Shown here one piece after another: positions 57,258 through 64,000 of a DNA stretch of 64,000 nt. Every line of letters begins with the position of its first letter. Positions within the stretch are counted from its first letter, which is position 1. The stretch comes from a virus: positions 32,001 to 96,000 of the IMG/VR virus record IMGVR_UViG_3300027974_000023. One strand, 5' to 3'. The notes beneath the pieces were generated by a model that searched no databases, was not told where the DNA came from, and was given only the letters and a program-made list of their open reading frames with translations. The position numbers were made by a program, and so were the translations under genes.

Positions 57258-58403
57258 TTAAACTGTTGTAAATGATGTATCAACTGGAATAAGACCAGCA
57301 CCAATAACCGCATCAACTTTATCTGTAAACGCTCCTGGGTAATATGCATTATAAGCATAAAAAAAAGCTGTTCCTAAAATACCATGTACAGCACGTGAAT
57401 TAATATTAGCAGAGCTTACTTGAAATAAAGATTGTCCAACATTAGCTACACTTCCTATATCATGTAACCAAATACCATAACAAGCAGTTGATCCAAATAA
57501 ATTAGAAATACTAGATTGTGTTACAGATAAAATACCTGTACCATAAACTTCTAAGCAAGCTTCATTTTTTGCATTTAATTGAGATTGTACAAATGCTAAT
57601 GTAGCTCCTGTTTGTACAACAGCTACTTTTGTTGCACCAGATGTATCTACAAATGTAAAATCAGCAGATCCTTTTATTATATTAAAACAATATATATTAC
57701 CCGATCCAGTATGACTTATTTTAATTTGTGTACCATAACATCTAGATTTAAAACCATCAGATATTCTTACTCCTGTATTATTACATAAAATTCCTGTACC
57801 TGTACCACCTACTTGTATCCAAATATTTTCTAAAGAAAGTCTTTGAGCATTTGATCCTGTAAATACTATACCATTATTACTTCCATTAGGTAATACTGTA
57901 ATACCTTGAATAGAAAAATGATTATTATCTAAAGCACTTGCCGATGTATCATCACCATTTACAGTAATGGTACCTATTAAATAAATAGGATTAGCTATAC
58001 TTCCATTCTCACCTACTAAAAATATATGACCTTTTGTTAAAGTTACATCTTCAGTAACAGCTCCTTGTAATCTAATAAAAGCTGGATTAAGTTCAGTAGC
58101 TATAGTAACACCTTCAGCAATTAAATTATTAATTGCAGTTTGTGCTGCACTAATAGTTTTAAATGGAGTAATGATACTACCATTAGCTACATAACTATCA
58201 GTTCTGTTAGGATCTACAAAAAATTGATTTGTTGGTTCATATAAAATATTGTTTGCAAAATCTTCTACAGTCATTGCAACAGCTAAATAACCATCATCTC
58301 TTTTAGAATCATTAATTGCTATAGGTAATAAAACTTTAGAAGAATTAAAAGTTTTTACAACTCTACCTTCTTTAATCCAACTTATAAAATTTAGAATATC
58401 CAT
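57258..58403 (-). CDS. Beta-helix (pectin-lyase-like) fibre/spike protein
   Basis: FVDP......GS...PFKTI.AA cap followed by beta-helix-like repeats. Confidence 0.65.
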   Translation of the reverse strand: MDILNFISWIKEGRVVKTFNSSKVLLPIAINDSKRDDGYLAVAMTVEDFANNILYEPTNQFFVDPNRTDSYVANGSIITPFKTISAAQTAINNLIAEGVTIATELNPAFIRLQGAVTEDVTLTKGHIFLVGENGSIANPIYLIGTITVNGDDTSASALDNNHFSIQGITVLPNGSNNGIVFTGSNAQRLSLENIWIQVGGTGTGILCNNTGVRISDGFKSRCYGTQIKISHTGSGNIYCFNIIKGSADFTFVDTSGATKVAVVQTGATLAFVQSQLNAKNEACLEVYGTGILSVTQSSISNLFGSTACYGIWLHDIGSVANVGQSLFQVSSANINSRAVHGILGTAFFYAYNAYYPGAFTDKVDAVIGAGLIPVDTSFTTV

Positions 58404-58452
58404 AATAAATATTTAGGCTATATATTAATATAACTAAAAAAAATCACATAAA

Positions 58453-58483
58453 CAAAAAAACCCTAGAAGTTAATCCAGGGTTT
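58453..58483 (-). terminator. Intrinsic terminator
   Basis: AAACCCT.GA...TC.AGGGTTT hairpin with U tract. Confidence 0.7.
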
Positions 58484-58502
58484 AAGATGTTTGCTGTAGG
58501 AA

Positions 58503-58667
58503 TTACTCAGTTACTAATTCCGGAATAGAAGCTTTTACTTCTTCTAAGTTACGGAAAGTACTTACTGCTAATAATACTTTATTAACATCTGGTAAAGAAT
58601 ACACACCTTTTAAGTTAGCAAGGTTTAATGCTTGTTCAATTACATTTAATGCTTCAGCTGGAGTCAT
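58503..58667 (-). CDS. Small helical protein (54 aa, MTPAEALNVIEQALNLA..KGVYSL)
   Basis: Translated by hand. Clean ORF between the 58720 gene and a terminator. Confidence 0.7.
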   Translation of the reverse strand: MTPAEALNVIEQALNLANLKGVYSLPDVNKVLLAVSTFRNLEEVKASIPELVTE

Positions 58668-58719
58668 AATTAAATTTTTTTGGTTTATATTATTTTCTGT
58701 AAATATAATAAATTTAAAT

Positions 58720-58956
58720 TTATTTTATAGCTTCTAGTTCACTTTTTTGTGCTGGAGTTAATGCATTTGCAAACCATTCTTTACCTAACATGATTGCAAT
58801 GTGATCTACATTACGTTTTACTGTAGCTGTTTCTTCTTCAGATAATGTTCTTTTTCTTTTTAACTCTGCAATTAATTTTACACTATCATAAGCTGCTAAC
58901 ACAGACTTTGCTGCTTGCTCAACTGTTACTTCTTCTTTAAATTGTTCTACTGACAT
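58720..58956 (-). CDS. Small fibre-associated protein (DSV.LI...RN..H...ML)
   Basis: Follows the adhesin-like gene. Confidence 0.55.
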   Translation of the reverse strand: MSVEQFKEEVTVEQAAKSVLAAYDSVKLIAELKRKRTLSEEETATVKRNVDHIAIMLGKEWFANALTPAQKSELEAIK

Positions 58957-58979
58957 TTTAGTTTAATTTTAAATTATTA

Positions 58980-59777
58980 CTAAGCTAATAAAATTTTTCT
59001 ATCTACACCATTGATTCTAACATTCCATACTTTACTTGAAGTATTTACTTCATTTGTTACAGAACCTGCATTGTTTGTACTTGAACCAACTACAAATTGA
59101 TTTGTTGTTGATGATGATGCATTAATACCAATTACAATTGAATTTTCATGATTTGCCCTTGCGTTTGAACCAATTGATATTGTAAAACTTGATGTATCAG
59201 AACCAGAACCAGCTCTAGAACCTATTGCTGTATTCTCAGATCCAGTAGTATTATTTCTTAATGCCCACCAACCTAACGCAACATTATTAGAACCAACAGT
59301 ATTGGTATAAAATGCTCCTTGACCTATTGCTACATTAATTGAACCTGTTGTAGTATCATAGCCACAAAGAGCTCCCATAATAATGTTTCCGCTACTTGTT
59401 GTATTAGCTGCTAATGTATTTTGCCCAATTGCTATATTTGTTGAACTATTAACACCACCAGGTAATGCGTTGTGTCCAATTGCTATATTATTACTACTAC
59501 CACTTGTAAAACTTACTCCAGAACCAGAACCAATTGAAACATTAGCAAGAAAATTACTATCTGCATTAATCCCTGTATTGTAACCAATATTAACATTTTG
59601 ATCAGCTGCATAAGTTGTAATAAAAGTGCTTGCAAAATCAGCTACAGTAATTCCTAATATGTTACCTTGTAAGCTAGTACCTATTGATAAAGGTAATACA
59701 GCATTATCTGGTACATTTGTAATAATGTTTTGGGACGTTATAGGGTACCCAAAATTAATTTGTCCTTTAAAACTCAT
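58980..59777 (-). CDS. YadA/trimeric-adhesin head-repeat fibre protein
   Basis: ~14-aa N.AIG..A repeats. C-terminal VRING...KILL. Confidence 0.75.
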   Translation of the reverse strand: MSFKGQINFGYPITSQNIITNVPDNAVLPLSIGTSLQGNILGITVADFASTFITTYAADQNVNIGYNTGINADSNFLANVSIGSGSGVSFTSGSSNNIAIGHNALPGGVNSSTNIAIGQNTLAANTTSSGNIIMGALCGYDTTTGSINVAIGQGAFYTNTVGSNNVALGWWALRNNTTGSENTAIGSRAGSGSDTSSFTISIGSNARANHENSIVIGINASSSTTNQFVVGSSTNNAGSVTNEVNTSSKVWNVRINGVDRKILLA

Positions 59778-59789
59778 ATCTATAATTTA

Positions 59790-60083
59790 TTAGTTCATTG
59801 CTTGCCATGCTGAGCCATTGTATACTTTAGCCTTATTTAATGTAGTATCAAAATACATTTGACCTTTTTCAGCAGTAACAACTACAGCATTAACAGCAGC
59901 ATCATTTGTATAATTTGGTAACTTAGGAACAGTTGGTAAAAGAACAGATCTTTTAACAGCAACTGTTAAATACTTATCATCTCTGTTTGGATCAGGTTCA
60001 CCTACCGCAATTAATGCATTGTCACTTACTGATGTAACTACTCTATTTTGTTTAGTCCAGCTAAACCAATTTAATATGTCCAT
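59790..60083 (-). CDS. Short fibre/decoration protein
   Basis: MDILN..SW.K module plus GQMYFDTT....VYNG.AW. Confidence 0.6.
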   Translation of the reverse strand: MDILNWFSWTKQNRVVTSVSDNALIAVGEPDPNRDDKYLTVAVKRSVLLPTVPKLPNYTNDAAVNAVVVTAEKGQMYFDTTLNKAKVYNGSAWQAMN

Positions 60084-60134
60084 GATTTTTTATTTTATTA
60101 TAAATACTATTAATAATATACAAAAAAATTTCCA

Positions 60135-60165
60135 CAAAAAAAAGCCCTTAGTAAACTAAGGACTT
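60135..60165 (-). terminator. Intrinsic terminator
   Basis: AAG.CCTTAGT/ACTAAGG.CTT hairpin with U tract. Confidence 0.75.
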
Positions 60166-60186
60166 GATTTCTTTGGCAAGAACTAA

Positions 60187-60378
60187 TTACATATGTAGTC
60201 CAAGAATAAATGCCATGATTAACATTACTGTTACAATAGCATTTGCCATAAGGATACTATCCTTATCTTCATTCCATACATTGTGCATTCTACTATAGAC
60301 AGGTTTTCTTAACTTATCTTGTAATTGAAATAACACAATCAGGACTATAATTCCCATTATGTAAAAGGCTGTTTTCAT
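60187..60378 (-). CDS. Small membrane protein (two TM helices)
   Basis: Two hydrophobic segments. Confidence 0.55.
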   Translation of the reverse strand: MKTAFYIMGIIVLIVLFQLQDKLRKPVYSRMHNVWNEDKDSILMANAIVTVMLIMAFILGLHM

Positions 60379-60734
60379 AAACTATCAATTCTTCTCCGCA
60401 AATATACTAAAGCTTTTTGTAAATCTTCCTTTTCTTTAGCAGGATTTTTCTTTCCCGCGCGCGCAACGTACTTAATTACATTACCGAGATAAAAGTCTTT
60501 ATCTAAGTTCCACGCTTCTAATACTGCAAATACTTCGTAAGGATTATCAGCTCCACCATAATGCGCTGGTCTGATAGCTTCCATCTTTTCACAAAAGAGT
60601 TGTGCGGTAGGAGCAGGTTGTGGGTTAGTTACTACATGTAAACTATTTGCACTCCTAACTGCTTCCTCAGCTCTTTCCTTCAGCAACTCATTACGCTGCT
60701 TGTTTATATAAGTGTCATAATCAGCTGTTACCAT
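60375..60734 (-). CDS. DUF3310 family protein
   Basis: P.HY...E......F.LGN.IKY..RAGKK....EDL.KA..YL. Confidence 0.85.
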   Translation of the reverse strand: MVTADYDTYINKQRNELLKERAEEAVRSANSLHVVTNPQPAPTAQLFCEKMEAIRPAHYGGADNPYEVFAVLEAWNLDKDFYLGNVIKYVARAGKKNPAKEKEDLQKALVYLRRRIDSL

Positions 60735-60735
60735 C

Positions 60736-61011
60736 TTAGTACTTAAATGCTATGTCAAACTCTTTTACTAATAGTTTCATCTCTGTACCTACTATGATCT
60801 TCTCAGCAGACTCCAATCCAAAAGCTTGTACATATACTTTGTCACCCACCTTTACTTTCTCTACCTCATCTCCAATTGCAAAGATCTCAAGCTCTGTCCA
60901 TTTTTTAACAGCTTCTTTCTCGCGCTCTGCTTCTTGAGCTGGGCTTAATTCAATCACCGGTTTCTCAATCACCGGGATGTTAATCAAAATTCTTTTTCCG
61001 AATAGTTCCAT
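60736..61011 (-). CDS. GroES-like co-chaperonin
   Basis: L.G.RILI...AIG.EV..VKVGDKV...E.DI pattern. Confidence 0.7.
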   Translation of the reverse strand: MELFGKRILINIPVIEKPVIELSPAQEAEREKEAVKKWTELEIFAIGDEVEKVKVGDKVYVQAFGLESAEKIIVGTEMKLLVKEFDIAFKY

Positions 61012-61019
61012 TTTTCTTT

Positions 61020-61220
61020 TTATTTATTATTTAATTGTTTTGCAATATACTCAATACATCCATATTCTGCTTCTTCATAGCTATCATATTTGGCACCTAT
61101 AACTGAAAGTGCTTTTTCATCAGGTTTATAATATACTTTATAACCCCATTGGTTGTCACCATCTAAGGTTATTAAACCTATCCAACCAAATTCTTTTCTG
61201 AATAATTTTAATGTATGCAT
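61020..61220 (-). CDS. Hypothetical protein
   Basis: ORF track. YDSYEEA motif, operon overlap. Confidence 0.5.
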   Translation of the reverse strand: MHTLKLFRKEFGWIGLITLDGDNQWGYKVYYKPDEKALSVIGAKYDSYEEAEYGCIEYIAKQLNNK

Positions 61221-61501
61221 TATTTAAACGTGATTACTTTTACTACTGCCATTTGTGCACTTACTAATTCCCCAATTGCATGATCAAATAGCAAACTCTT
61301 TAAAGCGCTGCTATCAGTGGTTGAGTAGTTATCTTTAAGAATGTTTGCTGCTTCTGCAAATAACTCTTTTACTTTAGCTACCTCATCATCATTAGAAGGA
61401 TTAAATTCAATACCTACTAATTTCTCACCAAATGAAAGCACCTTAGCTTCATTCAGTTTAATATCCGTAGCTGGGATATCTATTATTGATTTCTCACTCA
61501 T
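61220..61501 (-). CDS. Acb2/Tad1-like helical hairpin protein (candidate immune-signal sponge)
   Basis: GE..VG..FNPS.DD.V..VK...A...A....AQM..VK..T pattern. Confidence 0.55.
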   Translation of the reverse strand: MSEKSIIDIPATDIKLNEAKVLSFGEKLVGIEFNPSNDDEVAKVKELFAEAANILKDNYSTTDSSALKSLLFDHAIGELVSAQMAVVKVITFK

Positions 61502-61587
61502 TACTTATATTTTTTAATTGTTACTGCTAAGCTTTGCAACCATCCTTTCAAAGCTTCAATCTTACTTTTGTTACTTGTTTTACTCAT
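61501..61587 (-). CDS. 28-aa peptide (MSKTSNKSKIEALKGWLQSL...)
   Basis: Translated by hand. TAATG overlap with the next gene. Confidence 0.55.
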   Translation of the reverse strand: MSKTSNKSKIEALKGWLQSLAVTIKKYK

Positions 61588-61591
61588 CTTC

Positions 61592-62008
61592 TTATTTATT
61601 AAATTTAGATAATAATTCTGATATTACATAACCACCTGCTTCCAATAACTCTCTGTATTTTTTAAAAGAAACTAGTTCTTCTTCTGATATACTAGCCAGA
61701 AATTCTTCATCAGCAAATAGCTTTCTTATATTTACTAGTTTCATTGTAATATCTCCAAAGTCATTTGCAATATTTTCTTGATATGGTTTTAAATTTTCAA
61801 GATTGCTACGGTCAACTTTTAAGAAATCAACTTTAGGGGTAAATTTCATATGACATGATTTACTAGTAGCAGGATAAGAATCTAAACCTGTACTTAAATC
61901 AGTAATATGATATCTATCACCAATTATTGTAACTTCAACAGTTGTTATTCCTACAGCAACATGTTTATTAGGTGTCAATGTTTTTTCAAATTCTTTAGTA
62001 TCCATCAT
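61592..62008 (-). CDS. Hypothetical protein
   Basis: ORF track. Confidence 0.5.
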   Translation of the reverse strand: MMDTKEFEKTLTPNKHVAVGITTVEVTIIGDRYHITDLSTGLDSYPATSKSCHMKFTPKVDFLKVDRSNLENLKPYQENIANDFGDITMKLVNIRKLFADEEFLASISEEELVSFKKYRELLEAGGYVISELLSKFNK

Positions 62009-62213
62009 TGTTTGTTTTTGGAATTCCTATTGCTATGTAAATTCTTGGTTTATACTCTTCAAAACTTCCCGGATGAATACTCATCTTTTTATTTCTAGCC
62101 ATTTGTTTAATCTTACTAAAAGCATGTTTACGATCTCTACAAGCTAGAACAAAATATGTTCTCCTATGAGCAGGAATCAAACAACATGTTGCCAAATCAC
62201 TTCTCTCTGGCAT
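61995..62213 (-). CDS. Hypothetical protein
   Basis: ORF track. Overlaps both neighbours. Confidence 0.45.
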   Translation of the reverse strand: MPERSDLATCCLIPAHRRTYFVLACRDRKHAFSKIKQMARNKKMSIHPGSFEEYKPRIYIAIGIPKTNNDGY

Positions 62214-62481
62214 GGCTTTTAACTTTTAAAAAACTATTTTCTAATTGCTCTTCTGTTAATACACTCAAGACACCTTCATTATCCTTTATAATGTAATTAT
62301 CAGGATTACACTTCTTAGGGCCCAGATCAGTATGCACATATAATGTCAATTGCTTTGTATTTATTGGTATGATAAACTCTGCTTTACCATTTGCAAAAGC
62401 AAACACAGAATCTCTATCATCATCTATATACTTTAATACATCAACATATGCAGGTTTACTCATATATCTTTCAGCCATCAT
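62197..62481 (-). CDS. Divergent PGDYG-like phage protein
   Basis: Y..KP..V....T..G...C.P..YIIK...G........E..F pattern. Confidence 0.5.
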   Translation of the reverse strand: MMAERYMSKPAYVDVLKYIDDDRDSVFAFANGKAEFIIPINTKQLTLYVHTDLGPKKCNPDNYIIKDNEGVLSVLTEEQLENSFLKVKSHAREK

Positions 62482-62705
62482 GCATCATATTTATTATTCA
62501 TACTAACCATAGGTGATATTTCTTCAGCCTCACCATCTTCATCAAAGTCTCTAGCAAGCAAATCAAATTTTGCTTTCTCTAGTAACCCTACTAAAACTGG
62601 TATTGCTTCTTTCTGAAATTGAGCTATTCTTATCTCATAACTCCCTTTGTCATAAGATAGAATTTCTAAAACTCTAATAGGTTCTTCCGCTTTCTTTTTT
62701 GCCAT
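62478..62705 (-). CDS. Hypothetical protein (MAKKK..., GLLEKAK)
   Basis: Start re-assigned to ATG 62705, downstream of the TATATTTG promoter at 62730-62737. Confidence 0.55.
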   Translation of the reverse strand: MAKKKAEEPIRVLEILSYDKGSYEIRIAQFQKEAIPVLVGLLEKAKFDLLARDFDEDGEAEEISPMVSMNNKYDA

Positions 62706-62753
62706 TGTTAATCTTGTTTGTTGGTTGTACAAATATATGAATTATTTTAAATA

Positions 62754-62798
62754 AAAAAACCCAGGAAGTAATTCTTGATCAGAGAAACTTTCCTGGGT
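62754..62798 (-). terminator. Intrinsic terminator
   Basis: ACCCAGGAA...TTCCTGGGT stem followed by poly-U. Confidence 0.8.
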
Positions 62799-62952
62799 GT
62801 TGCTAACAGTTATATGACTGACTAAGCGGGGTTCGTCAACCAGACTTAGTGCACATTCATTTTCCTGCGCAGAGAAGGCCAGATCTAGTGAGCAGTTCTT
62901 ATGGTATGCTTACCTGGCACTGAACCTGCAGATCCTATCTACAGGGGAAGAA
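62754..62952 (-). ncRNA. Candidate structured non-coding RNA
   Basis: GC-enriched, no credible ORF, several hairpins, ends in a terminator. Confidence 0.4.
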
Positions 62953-62956
62953 CAAA

Positions 62957-62994
62957 TAAAAAGCCCCGGTGTGACAAGAAGGGCACCGGGGCTT
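62957..62994 (-). terminator. Intrinsic terminator
   Basis: AAGCCCCGGTG...CACCGGGGCTT perfect 11-bp stem plus U tract. Confidence 0.85.
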
Positions 62995-63034
62995 AAACAT
63001 ATAAGGAAGCGGAAACAGCCTTTTAATGTTGGAA

Positions 63035-63042
63035 CAAATGTA
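63035..63042 (-). promoter_or_regulatory. Sigma-A -7 element (TACATTTG) driving a non-coding transcript
   Basis: TAnnTTTG about 40 nt upstream of a terminator stem, with no credible ORF between. Confidence 0.5.
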
Positions 63043-63059
63043 ATAACTTTTTTAATATA

Positions 63060-63602
63060 TTACTTAAACGAAAACAATTTTCTCTCTTTTATTTTTTTAG
63101 CTGGTACTCCTGCTACACACATGTTAGCTTCAACACTATTTAATACTAAAGAATGTGCATATACACAACTATTCTTTTCTAGAATTACTCCGGGTAATAT
63201 ACTTGTATTGGTTCCTATTGTTACAAATTCATTTAATATTACTGGGCTAGATCTTACATTTCTAAATTCATCTGACACACATGGATTAGATAAGTATTCT
63301 CCTGTAAAATCATCTGATGAAGAGTATATGGAAACTCTTGATGATAAACCAGAATAGTCTTTCATTACTATCTTTTCTTTTCCGACAAGTAAACTATAAC
63401 AACCAATGTGTACATAACTACCAATCTCAATACCTTTTTCACCAGCACTTAATATACAAAAGTCATCAATCCTTACATCATTACCAATATGTATATTACC
63501 AGGATTATAAATACTACACTTATCAGATATCAGAACATTCTTACCGTAGGAACCAAACCCTATCTTACTTAATGCTTGATCATCAAGAAACATATATATC
63601 AA
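63060..63602 (-). CDS. Hexapeptide-repeat sugar acetyltransferase (VioB-like)
   Basis: GF...G.NVLIS.K.SIY....I.IG..VRIDDFCILS, ILPGV, AGVPAK.IKER. Confidence 0.85.
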   Translation of the reverse strand: MIYMFLDDQALSKIGFGSYGKNVLISDKCSIYNPGNIHIGNDVRIDDFCILSAGEKGIEIGSYVHIGCYSLLVGKEKIVMKDYSGLSSRVSIYSSSDDFTGEYLSNPCVSDEFRNVRSSPVILNEFVTIGTNTSILPGVILEKNSCVYAHSLVLNSVEANMCVAGVPAKKIKERKLFSFK

Positions 63603-64000
63603 ATTTAGAAAGATCAGGATAAGCTAGTTCCAAATCTTCATTACTTATTTTACTTCCGTCACCTTTATAAAACTGACCCATTAGTTGCAAACCTTTTGCT
63701 GCTATCTCTGGCATCATATAAAAGTTCCATCCTAACATAGTGAAATCATCTTCTAAATAAGAACATTCATCTCTACCACTAAATCTAGCTTTTTTAAACC
63801 AGAGATATGCCTCATAGTTATCAGTAAGAATAGCACCGCCTTTACCAAGTTTCAAATGTTTGTATGGCCCAGTAAAAGAAACACACATATGACTTCCTGG
63901 AATATACATATCTGCTGTAAACCGTAAAGCAGAATCCCATACACGTGTCGGTCTCAGTTGATAACATCCTTTTATTGTATCCCCCGGCACATTATAAAAC
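63583..64000 (-). CDS. DegT/DnrJ/EryC1/StrS-family aminotransferase, C-terminal part
   Basis: WDSA, SF...KHL..G.GGAILTD, G.NFYM motifs. The 5' end lies beyond the window. Confidence 0.8.
   Translation of the reverse strand, partial: FYNVPGDTIKGCYQLRPTRVWDSALRFTADMYIPGSHMCVSFTGPYKHLKLGKGGAILTDNYEAYLWFKKARFSGRDECSYLEDDFTMLGWNFYMMPEIAAKGLQLMGQFYKGDGSKISNEDLELAYPDLSKFDIYVS

Noticed and set aside
58700-58716. TAAAT-N7-ATTTA as another operator copy
   Set aside because: It is pure A/T with two mismatches, which is expected by chance here.
62754-63030. tRNA or tmRNA gene
   Set aside because: No cloverleaf with T-loop GTTCRA, acceptor stem and CCA could be built. GGTTCG at about 62830 lacks the surrounding arms.
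144-63622. All plus-strand ORFs and nested minus-strand ORFs in the track (e.g. 144-536, 31976-32320, 39384-39764, 54622-55008, 62971-63357)
   Set aside because: They are antisense or out-of-frame shadows of longer coherent genes, have no motifs, and several cross terminators.
1-64000. Stop-codon reassignment (TAG or TGA), as in some crAss-like phages
   Set aside because: Long genes are intact under code 11, and TAG and TGA are used as real stops (terL TAG, MCP TGA).
1-64000. CRISPR array or mini-array
   Set aside because: No regularly spaced direct repeats seen. The PD-(D/E)xK nuclease lacks the Cas4 Fe-S cysteine pattern and any cas context.

Overview
AT-rich, essentially all-minus-strand, 64 kb segment of a large Bacteroidetes (probably Flavobacteriia-type) phage with crAss-like (Crassvirales-related) gene order. 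Read in transcription order (right to left), it holds: a nucleotide-sugar pair (DegT-family aminotransferase, VioB-like acetyltransferase); a structured non-coding region; small early/accessory genes (Acb2/Tad1-like, GroES-like, DUF3310); head/tail fibre and adhesin genes; a lysis cassette; winged-helix, HU-like and PD-(D/E)xK genes; an intein-containing terminase; portal, scaffold and major capsid protein; small basic core proteins with an LCIB-type carbonic anhydrase and a ferritin-like gene; ring, hub and Cys-rich fibre proteins (three FISUMP domains); a muzzle/stabilization protein; and large cargo/ejection proteins. Six free-standing homing endonucleases sit at gene boundaries. The most unusual signals are: homing endonucleases that capture the first codons of the gene they invade and rebuild a recoded start; a candidate small RNA whose loop is antisense to a leader motif shared by several genes; a TAAAC-N7-GTTTA operator set around a winged-helix operon; a recurrent [FYMA][QKA]xG[GA] tag in cargo/core proteins; an LCIB-like carbonic anhydrase in the virion module; and a class 3 (Ala-start, WCT) intein. 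All family assignments come from motif recognition by eye; no database searches were run.
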